Shown: positions 41,339 through 58,278 of the stretch, in pieces
How the letters are laid out: each line of letters opens with the position of its first letter
Position numbering within the stretch: the stretch's first letter is position 1
From: the human T2T-CHM13v2.0 reference genome, Homo sapiens
Length of the DNA: 64,000 bases
Direction: 5' to 3' (one strand)
NCBI RefSeq assembly: GCF_009914755.1
Contig: NC_060947.1
Notes under the pieces: model-generated
The model's input: the letters and a program-made list of their open reading frames with translations, nothing else
The model's database searches: none
What the model was told of the DNA's origin: nothing
Position numbers and translations under genes: made by a program

Positions 41339-42509
41339 AAGTTAGCTTAGCTACTGTATATAAAATTTTGGGCCCTTTTCTCATATATTTGATTCCATTT
41401 TTCATTTTAGTTAATCAAGTTTCTTCTGTCTGTTTATCTGTTCGGAAAGGACTGTTTGGTTGAACAAACATTAGTTCCTTTGAATAAGTAGAATAAGATA
41501 ATCTTAAAAAGAAAAAGGCCGCCTTAGATTTATGAAGTGTTTCAGAGTGTTTAAAGCCCTTCATGTATTTCCTCACTTAAGCTACGTGTTATATGTATTT
41601 CTGTAGGTTCGTGCATCAGTTTTTCAGAAGACATTGCCTCCATCTCCAAATTCTTGGAGGCTAGTTAGAGTCTGGCCTTATCCCATGGAGATTTTTTTGG
41701 CTGAAAGCTATATGGACAGTCTTTTGAGTAGTTTGTACTGACCAAGGTATTTCCTGTCAGTGGTCCACTGATATTCATAACATTTAAAAATGATACATGA
41801 TATTCATAACTTGTATTAATATCTAGTTTATATGCTTGTATGAAATGCTTTCTGGGTCTGCATTGCTAAATAATGGTGATGTGACCAGTGACATTTAGAG
41901 TAATTTTTTGTACTGTGGTCACCATAATTCGGATACCATGATTATTACATTAATTGCATGTGCTTTTATAGTTGCAGCCATAATTACCTATTAAAACAAT
42001 ATAGAAAAAAATGAACTTTAACAGCATCAAAGATATTAAAAGCATTTGGGTTCATTTTTTATGCTGATCTGTTTGTAAATTTTTAGTAACCTGTCATGGT
42101 TCTTTTCTTTAATGAATTTGTGATCTAAGGAGAAAATAACTGCTTGTGCAATGTAACTCTTGTGCTTGGAGAACATAACTGCTTTGTATATTTCTGGTAA
42201 ATCATTTATTTTTATTGATGATTATGATGCTTTTTTGGCAGAGTGCTTATCCACTCAAAGAGCTGTTCTACGAAGTGTGATTGGTGTCTGTATCCAAGAT
42301 ATAACATGTATTCTATGTGTTTATATATGTCTCTCTATATCTATTTATCCATCTTTCTGTCTATCCTCCCAAAGTTAAATGAGCTTAAATAGGTTGCCTC
42401 TGTGTTAGAAAGCAGAGAAGTATTACTAGAGAACTGAGGCTCTTCCCCAAAATTATTTCAGATTTTCTTATTGTGTGGAGTGGTTTTGCTTGGAATGAGA
42501 AAAGCTATG

Positions 42510-43280
42510 TGTTACCGGCTGAATTGTTTCCCCCCCCCTCCCGCCCTCCCCAAATTTGTATGTTGAAACCCTAACATATCAGAATGTGACTGTGTTTAGA
42601 GATAGGGCTTTTAAAGTGTTAAGTTAAAAAAAAAAAGATGCCTTTAGTGTGAGCCCTAATCCAGTCTGACTGGTGTCCTGGTAAGAGGACATTTGGACAC
42701 ACAGAGAGGTGCCAGGGTTGTGTGCAGACACAGAGGAAAGGCCATTTGAAGACAGAGAGAAAAGATGACCATCTGTAAGCCAAGGAGGGAGGCCTCAGAA
42801 GAAACCAAACTTACTGACACTTTGGTCTTGGACTTTTAATGTCAAGAATGGGGAGAGGGGCCGGGTGATGTGGCTCATGCCTGTAATCACCAACACTTTG
42901 GGAGGCCGAGGCAGGCGGATCACTTGAGGTCAGGAGTTTGAGACCAGCCTGGGCAGCGTGGCAAAACCCCATCTCTACTAATAATATCAAAATTAGCTGG
43001 GTGTGGTGGCACATGCCTATAGTTCCAGCTACTCAGCAGGCTGGGGCACGAGAATCACTGGAACCAAGGCAGAGGTTGCAGTGAGCTGAGATCGCGCCTC
43101 TGCACTCCAACCTGGGCAACAGAGTAAGACTCTGTCTCAAAAAACAAACAAACAAAACACAAAACAAAACAAAAAAATAAAGGGACAACAAATTTACAAA
43201 AATAAACAAAACAACAAATTTCTGTTGTTTGTGTTCCAGTCTGTGGTATTTTATTATGGCAGCCCTAGCAAACTAATACA
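42510..43280 (+). mobile_element. MaLR LTR (MLT1A/B-like) interrupted by an Alu
   Basis: tgttaccggctgaattg...ccctaatccagtctgactggtgtcc...ggcagccctagcaaactaataca. Flanks CTATG/GTATG. Confidence 0.88.
42859..43200 (+). mobile_element. AluS with (AAAC)n tail nested in MLT1
   Basis: Full dimer. Confidence 0.93.
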
Positions 43281-43339
43281 GTATGTAACAGTCATTTTGT
43301 TGTATTTAACACTGAATAATAGTGAACTTTTAGAGAACA

Positions 43340-43540
43340 CTAAGTGCCAAGAACCGTGCTAGGCAAGCTTCATGTAAAACCTAATTTAATCCTCATAAGA
43401 ATTATCACCCCCATTTTATAGATTAGGAAAGTGTGGCTTAGAAAAGTAGGTACATTGTTTGGGGTTACATAGTAAGTAAGTGGGAGAGCTGGGATTTGAA
43501 TCCAGTCAGGCTGACTTCAGAGCTTGGCCTCTTAACCAAT
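43340..43540 (-). mobile_element. MIR SINE
   Basis: atttaatcctca...ccccattttatagat...gagctgggatttgaatccag...ctcttaacca. Confidence 0.82.
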
Positions 43541-44644
43541 AACTAAGTAAGATTTGGTGGATTTCAGGCAGTTGTGGATAATAATTGACACCCCAGGTGT
43601 TCATCCTCTCTAACACTGTTAATATTTAGTCTTTCACCATGTGCTAGTAGGCAATTCTTATTTTCTGCCAACTGGAGAATACCTACAGTCATACCTACAA
43701 CACAGAGAGAACCTTGCCCATGGAAAAGCTGCTACATTACAGAGAATTAAAGACCTCTGTGCACGTGTTGCTCAATGGGCCAAAAATGACTCTGCCGACA
43801 TGGTCTTTGTGGCTTTCATAGCAGATGTTCACGAACAGGTAACATCAATGCAGATAAACCATATACTCAGCAATTTAAATGTGAGGAAAAAGATACATAA
43901 ATATTAGAAAGAATCCCATTTTTAGCAATGGCCTATAATTCTAAGCCATTTTTCCTGTGTCTGAAATAGATTAACCATTGTGCCTCTTCAAGTTTTTTTT
44001 CTATCTGTGTGTTCACCTTTCTTATGCACGCTTGCCTTTTATAATTAATTTCAATTAAACATTAGTTTTGTTTAAATAATACTGTGTAATTAAAATGCTT
44101 ATGTGCTCTCAGAGGGCAAGGACCATGTCTTAATACACTTTAGACATTTTTAAATACACTAGGCTATAACAGCAATAAAATAATTAAACATCGTTTTGTT
44201 CAATCTCTACATATTCACAATTCCTCTGACACTGAACTGTGTATAAACTAAAATCAGAAAGCTGCTAGTTATTTTATAATGCTTCTCAAAACAGAAGTCC
44301 TCTTCCATTGGAAATGCAGTCTAGCATCTTAAAATCTTTTTTTTTCTTTCAAGAATAAAACTAAATTTCTTCTATTGTAATTTAGGTCCCTTGCCTCTTG
44401 GTAAGTTTTCTATTTCTGCTGAGGACCGTTGTTCATCATCACCCATGCAATCTCTCTTAGAGTACTCATAGGTTTAAGTGGTCCCTCAGCTGCTGCTTCT
44501 CCCACTTCCTTTAATTTTTCCATATAATACTGCCTTCTTTTTAATTGCTTTTAGAGTGTCTACAGTTTGGGGCCTCAGAAGTGGAAATGCTACTTGATAA
44601 TACACCCAATCTAAATGTTCATTCTTATTTTACTCAACGTGTGC

Positions 44645-44646
<2 letters not shown>

Positions 44647-44698
<52 letters not shown>
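44647..44698 (+). repeat. (GT)26 microsatellite
   Basis: 52-nt perfect dinucleotide run. Confidence 0.98.
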
Positions 44699-44701
<3 letters not shown>

Positions 44702-45507
44702 CTTCCTCAGTTTTGGTGGTGCCTCTTCTATTGATGGTGATTGTTATTTTTTTGTTATACAGATGTGACTAAAATTGAGAGTTTTTTCTCCCCGTTCTCT
44801 TCGCATTATCTAGGAAACTCCAAAGATAGCTCTTCATCATACCAACTAGAAACATCTTGAGTGTTCACCTGGAGTTTTTCTCCAGTTGTTTTCGCTTATA
44901 GCTTGGTGTGCGAAGTTAATCATACCCGTAGGAAAACCACCACATGAAATGGATGCTTAGAGCGTACGTTAAAACACAGTGAAAATCATAATATTTGGGC
45001 TTTGAAGACCTGGGGGTTTAGGTCATGGCTCTCTCTCTTAATGGCTAAGTGATTGGGGGTAAAACACACTCAACCTTTCTGGAGCCTAAGTCTCTTTATC
45101 TGTACTTACTCTGTCATCCTAATAGAGTTACTGAATACTTTGTAAACTGTAAAACACAGTACACATTTAAATCATTATAGTAATCAGTTAAGGAAGTGAT
45201 TCTCATGGTAATTCCTAATGTATATATTTTTGAAGAATGTGTTGATCACAACTACTGCCACCTTTTAGTGACACATACATCAATGCATTTGTTCCTTTAT
45301 TACTCAGTGTTAGTTTAGAAGCCAGTTATAGTTATAAACTTTGTAAAAGCTGACGTCTTCTAAGGTAGCCCCTAGGCTACAGACTACATGTAAAGTTACC
45401 CTTTTTATGAAAAGCCACAAGCAACTGTGAAGATTATCCCTAATCTTCCATCTAAATATGAAAATATTTGCATTTTAAGCTGCATAACCATGGTATCCTT
45501 TTCTTCT

Positions 45508-45907
<400 letters not shown>

Positions 45908-47185
45908 TAAATTTGGGGTTTAATGACTGTTTCTAAACTAAGATCACATGAACTCAGAAATGGTAAAGTAGTACTTTGAGATTTGTGGTAGTAAAGAATT
46001 TGACTTTTTTTCCTCCTAAGTTTACTAAATATTTCAATACAAAAGCCCATATTTCCTTAAAAGATATGATGTAAACCAACTATGCAATTTAAAGCAAATC
46101 ATTTTTCAAGTTTGCTATTCTCATTATAAGAAGAGTTCAATACATTTTAGAAAATGTGAGAATGCAGTTAAGGAGAAGGAATCAAAACAATTGCCTATAA
46201 ACTTTACATAAACTATTGTTAGTAATTTGGTATGTTTATATTTAATCGTTTGTCAGCTGTGTAGTTAAACTTTTAGAATTCTTTCTACCACTTTTTGTAG
46301 CTATACTTCCCTTTCAGAAATGAATTCCTATTTTATTATAAGGTACACTGATACAGATAATTTTGGTAGATGATAGCTTCTAATAGCAAAGTAGTATTTT
46401 AATAAATCCTGGCACCCTCACTTCATTTAATTATAGTCTGGTTACTGGAAATTCAGTATCTAGAAGCATTTTATGCCTTGAATAGTTGTGGCATAATTTT
46501 ATCTTTAGTCATGTTTGAGTATGTCAGTAGTCATAGGCCATTTTTATGTGTTTTGCTGGATAGCTTTAAAAACCTAATGAAAAATGTTTATGATTTATCC
46601 CTTTATCGGATTAAAATTATACACAATTTGCTATCAAGATGTAAAACAACAGAATCTCAGTTTTCTCAGATTAGTAATTATAATGATACATTTTTCTTAT
46701 TTTTGAGATGGGAATAATTTGGAAAAAATCTAGAGGTGTAGAGTGGATATGTAGTACTAGAAACATATCAACAAGTTTCAGGAAATCTTGTAAACCTCTA
46801 TTTTCATTATTTTGGGATGGGGGGGTTCTATTGAATTACCATTGCAAATGAAGCAAGATCTTCATTTGGAAAATTTACTTGTATTAAACAGATGACTGGG
46901 CTGAAATGGCTGCTAAAACAATTTCATGCTTTTGTTTTTAATGTAGTCCAGTTATAAAATGTCACATCAGATTGTGTGTGAGTACACAAATGCATAATTT
47001 TAATTTTATTTCTGAGTTATCACATTTTAGGAAGTTGATTAAAATCACCCAGAATTTTTTCTAAGCTTTTTATATATAACAAATTAACTATTTGAAATGA
47101 GTTAAAACAAGATTGATATTTTGGCAGTAATACCTTTATTAAAGAAATTGATCAATTCTTCAGTAGTTACCCATTTTGTCCTTTT

Positions 47186-47527
47186 TTAAATTTTATTATT
47201 ATTATACTTTAAGTTTTAGGGTACATGTGCACAGTGTGCAGGTTTGTTACATATGTATACATGTGCCATGTTGGTGTGCTGCACCCATTAACTTGTCATT
47301 TAGCATTAGGTATATCTCCTAATGCTATCCCTCCCCCCTCCCCCCACCTCACAACAGTCCCCAGTGTGTGATGTTCCCCTTCCTGTGTCCATGTGTTCTC
47401 ATTGTTCAATTCCCACCTATGAGTGAGAACATGTGGTGTCTGGTTTTTTGTCCTTGCGATAGTTTGCTGAGAATGATGGTTTCCAGCTTTATCCATGTCC
47501 CTACAAAGGACGTGAACTCATCATTTT
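47186..47527 (-). mobile_element. 5'-truncated L1PA (about PA3-PA5) 3' end
   Basis: ttatactttaagttttagggtacatgtgcac...catttagcattaggtatatctcctaatgctatccctcccc. 15-bp TSD CCATTTTGTCCTTTT at 47171-47185 and 47528-47542. Confidence 0.95.
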
Positions 47528-47589
47528 CCATTTTGTCCTTTTATTTTTGAATATGTAACTCACTGCCAAATTTTATTTGCTCTAATTTC

Positions 47590-48550
47590 TTATTTTAGAA
47601 ATGTCAAGCCTACAGAATCATTGTAAGAATATTACAATGAATAGCCATAGACCTTTCACCCATATTTTAAAATTGTTAACATTATGTTATATTTGCTTTA
47701 TCATTCTCTTTTAAAATTTTTTTTCTTTTTTTGCCTTTTCTGAGCCTTAGTTGCCTATTTGTAACACTTTACTCCTAAATACTTAAGCATGTCTCTCTTA
47801 CGAACAGGGACTTTCTCCTATATAAACATAGTTTAATTACTAAATCAGGAAATTCATCACTATTATAATGTTGTTGCCTAATATAGAGCCCGTATTCAAA
47901 TTTCTCCAACTATCCCAATAATGCCCTTTATAACTTCTTGTTTTCTAGAATCTAATCAAGGATTGCACATTACATTTATTTGTCATATCTTCCTAATCTT
48001 CTGTAGAACAAGTCCTAGACTTAAAAAAAAATTTCATTTCATTAACATTTTCAAGAGACCAAGACACTTATTTTGCAAAATGTTTCTCAGTGGATTGGTT
48101 TCATTGTTTCCCCATGATTAGATTCAGGGTAAACATTGTGGGCAAGGATGCTACACAGGTGATGTTCTTCCTCAGTACATCACATCAGGAGGCACAGGGA
48201 TATCAGTTTGCTCCATTATTGATGATGTTACATGTGATCATTTGGTTGGAGAAGTATCTTCCCTATTTGTCTTTGTAATTAATAAGTGATATGTAGGATA
48301 ATACTTTGAGATCATGTAAATAACCTATTTCTCTGAAACATTTCACATGGTTTTAAAATCTGTTGATGAGATTCTTGCCTGAATGAATTATAACTAGGAT
48401 TGCTACAAAATAGTGATTTTTCTAATTCATTGTTACTTCTGTATTTATCATCTGGTATTCTTCTGTAAAGTAGAACTTTCCCTTACCTCTTTAACCTTCT
48501 TTGACTTTTTAAAAGAAATATCAGCATGGACTCACAGATTCTTTATTTAA
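47590..48550 (-). mobile_element. Old L1MC-type 3' region
   Basis: tactcctaaatacttaagcatgt...ttcaaatttctccaactatcccaataatg...catgattagattcaggg. Approximate. Confidence 0.72.
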
Positions 48551-49760
48551 ATTCAATTAACTACCCTACCTTATTGATAGAAACTCTATAAAATCCATTC
48601 AATTGTTTACTGAAAATAACACATAAAATAAAGAAATCAAACAATTAACATCTGTTGGTTTTTACTTTATGAGGTAACTATACCCATACTAACTCATTAA
48701 GTCTCATCTAGAAGCAGTTCTACTTTTCCCCCTAGAAGAAAACATTAGACAGGTGCAGTGGAATTTGAAGTAATGAAATGTCTGATGTGATACATTTATT
48801 CACTGCATTTGTTATATTTAGGCCTTACTTATATTCATTGCTGCATAATCCTTCTGAATATCTTAAACATTAAAATCTACTTTTCTATCTTATCAGATAC
48901 AAGTCTTACTTCAGATTGCTATTTGAATTAGAATGCCTTTAGCCATCTTCATTTTCAGGCTTCCATTGTTTAAAAAGTCATGATGGCTTATCCTTAACTG
49001 TTATCAAGCATGAATCTATAAATACCTACAAATGTGTTTTCTAAAAACAAAAAAATTATGGTGTTTACATATAGAAATGTATGTTGCCATAGTGTTCAAT
49101 AATCCAGAGCAATGCTTTTCAGCCTATCTTCCTTGTAAAAAGCTGTTCACCTTAGGCTTTTGTAGCGGTGCTTTGTAAGTTCTACGTTTTTTTCCGATTC
49201 TGTTTTAGAACTCTATTTATTTTAAAAATTTACAAAAATAGCACCCATGTTCAAAGACCTCAAAATTAGTAACTTGTAAGACCAGATGAATTCATTTTTG
49301 TGTACACCCCAGAATGTAGTTTATCTTTGCATCTTTAATGGCAAGGTATTCTAAGACTGCAAGAGATGCTATTTTAACTGTTAAGATTTGTAGATACTTA
49401 TTTGTGAAAATCTGGATTTTCTTTGTATGATACAACTAAAACAAAATGTGTAAATCATCTGGATGTTTTGTTTAATAGGACTGTAGCTCTTCTATAAAAT
49501 GCCTGGTGTTAGATGTTAATGTTTATTCAAATAGTCTCATTGTTCTTTTCGATTAACTTATAAATCAATCCCCACTAATGGAACACTACTTTAATATGCT
49601 TGAAAAAATGTTTAGTCTTGGGGAAAAAAGCTTTAAAACTACTGATCTTACAGAAAATGTCCATTTCAATATGTAAATTTAGTATACCCATTATTTAAAA
49701 TGTGTGTGTGTGTGCGTGACACTTTTAAATGCATTTGTATTTGCTATCATGGGACATTGA

Positions 49761-50087
<327 letters not shown>

Positions 50088-50123
50088 GAGTCAGGATTTT
50101 AAAACTAGCTCTCCCTGATCTTT

Positions 50124-50413
50124 TTTTTTTTCGATGAAGTCTCGCTTTGCACCCCCAGGCTGGAGTGCAGTGGCTCGATCTCACTCACTGCAACCTCCGC
50201 CTCCTGGGATCAAGCAATTCTCCTACCTCAGTGTCCTGAGTAGCTAGGATTATAGGCGCCCACCACCACACCCGACTAATTTTTGTATTTTTAGTAGAGA
50301 CGGGGTTTTGCCATGTTGGTCAAGCTGGTCTCAAACTGCCGACCTCAGGCGATCTGCCTGCCTCTGGCCTCCCAAAGTGCTGGGATTACAGGAGTGAGCC
50401 ACCGTGCCGGGCC
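50124..50413 (-). mobile_element. AluS
   Basis: Full dimer. Flanks CTGATCTTT. Confidence 0.93.
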
Positions 50414-51401
50414 TCTGATCTTTATAAAAATAAGATAAATGGTGAAAATTGGGAATTCTTACTGCTCTTATGTAAAAACAAGAATAATTTTAGTGGTCTG
50501 AATTGAAGGGTCATGAGAAGCAGCAGGTATACTAAGCTGTAAATCTGTGGGACTAAACTATAAATCGTGGACAAGTGGTCAAGCAGCCTTTAGGAAGGCA
50601 ACAATATCATGGCAATACTCTATTTCTGAGCTGATGTTAGAGTTTGTATTGTCAATAAGATCATGGTAAAGTTTAACCACAAGTTTTGCAGCCTTTCATG
50701 TTTCCTCCATACTCGTGGAATATTACCCTTCCAACACAGACATTTCCCTTTTAATAGAGGGTTATCCTTATTACCTCCACCACATTCACTATCCATTTTA
50801 TATCCATATCTTGATTTCTGCCCTTCTAATTAGTCTACTTTGAGTAATTAGGATAAAGCATTTCTGAAATTTCATTATATAAGCATTAATTACTGTCTCT
50901 TAGGTCTAAAATAATTTTTCGGTCACATTTTCTAATTGCCAAAATTATTCCTTGGATCGACATTCATACTATTTTTCTACAAACATTATATTACATAAAT
51001 AAAAAGAAAAAGTTTATATATATATATAAGTATTTTATGGATGAAGGTAAAACATGAGATAATTTCCTTATGTATGGAACAACTAATATTAAATTAATTC
51101 TTTAAGGTTGTATTTATAGCTCTCTTATGCAAGGAGAATAACTTAAGCAAAATAGTACACCAGATAACTGTTATGTGGTAATAGAGAGATTGAATTAACA
51201 CTAAAATGTGTTAAAACACATATATTTATAAAATAGACTTAAATTTCAAGAAATAAAATTAATACTGTTGAAAGAAGTGTAGAAATCATATAGTGACTTT
51301 AAAAGTACACAAGTTCCCCTCATTTCAAAGGTGTGAATCTTTTGTGACTTTTATACTAGTATTTAATACTATATAAACCTCACTGTTTATTCTAAATATT
51401 T

Positions 51402-52039
<638 letters not shown>

Positions 52040-54555
52040 AATATTTCTTATTTATTTATTTAAAATATTTAGTGAGTGCTTACAGAACGTGCCGGCTACT
52101 TTTCTAGGTACTGGGGTGGGGGCAGGGAGAAAAAGACCCCTGGGGTATATAGTCTACTTGGGTTAGTGTTAGAGTAGACCATTGATAAATGTATTTGTTT
52201 TGTAAGGGGATGGGGGAAGCCACATTTTCTAGTTTTCAATATACCTTTATAAATGGAGCATTTGCTTTGATAAAATTGCAATTCTGTTAACGTCTCTTAA
52301 AGTATTTTGTTTCTCCACAAGGGATTATTCAGTATTAATCATTCAATGCGTACGATCAGTGAAATCTTAGCAGGCCAAGGATAACTCTTGTGATACTCGT
52401 AAAACAACCAGAACAGATACCACTTTACAAATAAAGGACGGTGTGGGGATCTACTGTGGTGGTTAGAAAAGCCCTGAATATCTGATTTGTGACTAAAATG
52501 TGGAGAGGGAGGGGAAGAAAAAAGGGAGAACATGAGGGCCAGCCAGAGTTAAAGAAGACTCTGGAATTACATTTTTAATTGTTAAGTCATTGGTTTAACG
52601 ACAAGAGAAAAAGGCATGTTCTGGCTGGTAACTGACTTCAGAAGCCTAGGGCTTCTTGGACAGAAGATACAAAGGAAAAAACTAAGAGACCAAGAAGGAA
52701 GAGAGTGAACATGATCGTTCATAGTGGTAACATCGATGGCTTGTAGATATTAAAGCCATCACTGGCAGATGCAAACTAGAGATGGTGGTAACAATTTTCT
52801 GATGGACTTTAGGAGTAGTGACCAAGCTAGTTGGATGGAGATAAATGTAATGAAGACATATGTAGAAGAGCTCTTTATTTCAGCAGGTCAAGGAGTAACC
52901 AGGCCCAAAGGGCAAGGTCACAAGGCATTGCCTCTGTGAGTTTTCAACATGCAGATGAGTGATGTCACCAGTTTGAGAAGCCTACTCACCCTCCTCCCAG
53001 TCTTGATTCTGAGGACAGATACTTGTAACTTGAAAAAGTTCTCTCCCTTCCTCCTTTGGGAATCACTCCTCTATTCTGTGGGTTTTCTGACTGTATAGAA
53101 AAATCTGCTGGTATCTTAAAATAACTGCTAAGGATATTGTGTGAATGTAGAACCTGTAACACACACTGTTCGGTCATTTGGCCCTAGTTACCATCCATCT
53201 GCATCTGAATATCCCAGGCATATCTATAGCAGATTGTAACATGTTCAGATCACTGGGAGGTATAATAGTACATTGTAGACAGACAGAGACATATTTTAAC
53301 CTAAAATCTTAAAAATAGATGCATTGGAATGGATACTCTGATCTCCCCAGAATATTTTATTTTCCTAAAATGCCTCATTCTTTTCCGATCTTTAGGTAAG
53401 GAGGTATTTTGCTTTATCAATCTGCTTTCCAGCTGTTTGGGATTTAATATTCCACATAGATGCATGCATTTTCTTTGTAAATAATGACAAAGACAGATTA
53501 CATAATTACAGGCATAAAATTATCTCATCTTGCTAAAAATAATACAGTAACAGGATTAGTATGTGTATCATCTGTATGAATTAACCATTTATTTTTATTA
53601 AAATACTAAGATCCATATTATGACCACCCTTATGTGTTCATTGTCTACTTGTTTGAATCAAGAAACATTCTGGCCTTTGATTTCTTGTAGTTATAGATAT
53701 ATGGAATTGGTAATGTTGATTGAAATATAACATAGTCCCTTTAGCTTCAGTACTTTAGGAAAAGGTTCCTCTGTCCACTATAACATTTCTCAAACCCATG
53801 TAAAAACAGTAGTGTAAATATAAGCATACACAATTAAATGAGTGAAGTAAAACTCATTGGTGTGACTATCAGGGCTTTAAAAAAGTGTGCAGTTTGAAAA
53901 AAAATGAAGGTGATTATATAGTAAAACAAACATCTGTCTCTTTCCTACTATCCCTGCACTATGTATAGGACTTGCTTAATTAGAAAGAAGAAGACATGAT
54001 GGAATATGGTCCAAAAGTTTGAAGAACAGTGAGGGGCATCAGGGCCTGGATGATAAAGCTGGACTTCAGTGGATTCTGTGTTAACTGTCTAGATACTGAA
54101 TTATTGTGTAGTAAATCATCAATGCAGAGTGGAAACCTTGGAAATGTTGGCTGGACCTTGACTACAGTTGGAGAATAGCAATTTCTGTAAGGCTGGCTGA
54201 ATCATAGTCAGATCATCTCAGAAAAGATGAGCAGCAGTGGTTAAGAAGGCAATCTCTGGAGTCTGTCTGCCCAGGTCTGAATCGTGGCAGGCTGTCTAAT
54301 CTTGCTTTTCTCATTTATAAAATGAGATGACAAAAATAGTATTTATTTCCAAGGTATGTTGTGAGGATTAAATGTCAGCCATTGCTATTGTTGTTGTTAG
54401 GAGGGGAGTTAAATGGATTTTGGTTTTGGACAGAAAAAATGGATTTGGTTTGTAAAAGTAATCAAATATAAGCAGAAATATCTGCTAAGCTATTGGAGAG
54501 ACTGAATAGATACTAGGTGAAAGGGAAGAGTAAGAGTTGTTATTTTGTGAGTCCT

Positions 54556-55239
<684 letters not shown>

Positions 55240-56987
55240 GTCCTTATATAGGAGCCACAACCCAAACCTTAGAAAATTTTGAGCTCCCTGGAGCAAATGG
55301 AAGAGCAGAGGAGAATGTCCTTGAGGACTACAGGGAACAAGTAGATGAGTAGGGTCAAGTAGAAACTTTCACAAGGTTAAGGACACCTGTGTATGTTTGA
55401 AGGTAGAGTTGGAGAAACCAAGGGAGGTAATCCAAAATGTGATTATACCCACAGGCCCTTTTCCACAGAAAGGTACTGAGAGTCCCCTGTTGCCATCAGT
55501 GAAACTTTACACTATTATGTAGTATTAAAGTTATTTAGTGCAGTAGTAGTCAAGAATTTGGCAGCTGAAATGAGCTAAATGCCCCCTTGATAACCTGTGA
55601 AGATGTTACTATCCTACTGTAAGTGCTCATCTGATTACCAGGGAGTCATGAAGGTACTGTGGAGAAAGGGGCTTCAGGTAATTAGAACTTGGAAGTAGCC
55701 ATGTCTGTTGTGAAGAGCTGGGATTGTAAACACATTTTGCAACAGTATAAAAACTGATAACAAATATAATTTAGTTATTCTAAATGTAATTGTTACTACA
55801 GCGGAGATAACAGATGTATTTAGATCAGCTTCTGTTTGTGTAAAGAAAAATGTAAACTATTGATTCCAATTTAATGAGCACTCACAATGGTTATAGCTGT
55901 GTTATTTACATAGCTATGTAACAGAGGAAACAAATACCTAGAGAAGATAAATGAGAGAACCCCAAACTGAAACACCTCTCACTGGGCTTTACTTTCACTG
56001 CTGATGACACTAATCCTTTTACTTTACTCCAGCAATAATTTAATGTTTTGTTTTGCATACTAGAATCCTTCTAGTATTAGGAAGAATTCAAAAGGTAAGG
56101 GAGAACCCTTGTCAATACTATATAGGTAATTGCTAGTAAATTTTCTTTTAATATTGCCTATGCCAAATTTTAGAAAATGTAATAATCGAAGCTAGTATGC
56201 AAGCAGTAGCTTCTGTAATAAAATAACTTTATATTATGTACCGTGATGTAAACCTTATTGCTTGCTTTGATTTATATGCAAATATTTCTTTTTCTTATAG
56301 TTTATACTGCTTTCAGCTGCTATCTTAGTTTTTGTGCTCTAGACAGTCTCCATTTTTTCCGTGATTACCACAATAAAATAGGCAAGCAGGAAAAATTATG
56401 GCTACTTCCTGTCTAATTTTGTGTATTTGTTTCAGTAGCAGTACCAATCTTTTAGGCAACCAGTGTTGTCGATGCCATGAATTTACAGTAAACCTGTGGA
56501 ATTCACGTATATAAAACATAGATGTCATGCTGGTGAATTCAACTTACAAGGCATGGAATAGAACTCTTGCAGTGAGGCTATTAGTTTCAGGTAATTTAAA
56601 TCTCAGTGGGAACCAATAAATGGATTTTGAACTAATATATTTTTGAAGTCTTCAAAGATAGGAGAAGATTGTAATATTCTGAGTAAAGAAAAAAATCATG
56701 GGTGATTTTTTTAAGGTAAAGAGGTTTAAATTTAATGAAGTGATTAAAAGTAATTTCAAGCTTTATTTTCCCTCTATAAACATTGTTTTTAGTTGATTTA
56801 AAGGAAATTGGTTAAAAAATTAGGCTTCTTTTCAATATAATGCCAAATAGAACTAAACATATCTTTCAATGTTGAGAACTTTTTCTAATGGGAGGAATGT
56901 GAAATGACATATTTCTGAGGACCTACACAGAGCCTAATGTAATTTATTCACCAATCCCATTGTTGATTAGGATGGTAGACATTACTC

Positions 56988-57318
<331 letters not shown>

Positions 57319-58278
57319 TAGAAATTAGTTTTAAAGGATATTTTACACTAGTTTTTCATCAGGAAAAGTATATCTTGATAAAATGTTTTTCTAATTTTAG
57401 AACTTAAAGGGAAATGTATAACTACATTAAAGTATAGGTAGTAGTAATAATCTTATAGCTAATTTTAAGACTCTGCCACTAAGGTGTTATAATTCTTAGC
57501 TCCTTCTCACACATTTGTTTTCTAACATAAATGATGTGTAACGGCAGAGATCATGAGTTACATGTTCCTCATTTGCCTTGTCATATCACCTAGTGCAAAC
57601 TTCTCACACCTGTAACCTGGAATGATAATAATTTATTTACTTCTTTGTCTCTTTTAGGACACTGTGGGATATTTGAAGGTTAGAGCTTGGTTTCTATTTC
57701 TATGCCAGACAAATCTTACATAGGGTTTGATACTTAGTTGTTAGCCAGTAAAAATCTAGGACGGCTCCTACAAGAAACATTTAAAGGGTTTGGCAAGACC
57801 TAGGGCCAACCACCTCCCAACCCGTCCCCACCCTCCAAAATGTTTTGAGGAAAATTAACACCCCTATTATTATTAGGGAAGCATGCAAATTGTGTAAGTA
57901 AAATTATAAGTCAGAGAAAATCGAAATGTCCATGTGGAATAGTTAACATCTTTTTGTTTCTGTTATTTCAGGGACTGTCATATCCAAGAGGATAATTTGT
58001 TACTGTGTGCATGTTCTATTAGTACTGTAAGCCCCTTTATACAAAGGATGCGTTTAATTTTTATATTCCCATTATGTCTGTTACCTAGCATTGCCAAGAA
58101 TACAATAGAGGCTCATTAAAATCTTGAATGTATGATCAGTGTATGTTGTTGCCAGCACACCCTCCCAACTCTCCCATTAGATGACAAGCAATTTGAGGGG
58201 AGCACCCAAGTATTTGTCATTTTTAAATTCTTCTCTCTTTCACACTCAACACAGTGCCACAGGTATAGTAGGCGTGTG

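Noticed and set aside
52322-52440. Possible exon ctccacaag|GGA...ACG|gtgtgg with several CpGs
   Set aside because: Weak donor, in-frame TAA and no match to the recalled DIAPH2 protein.
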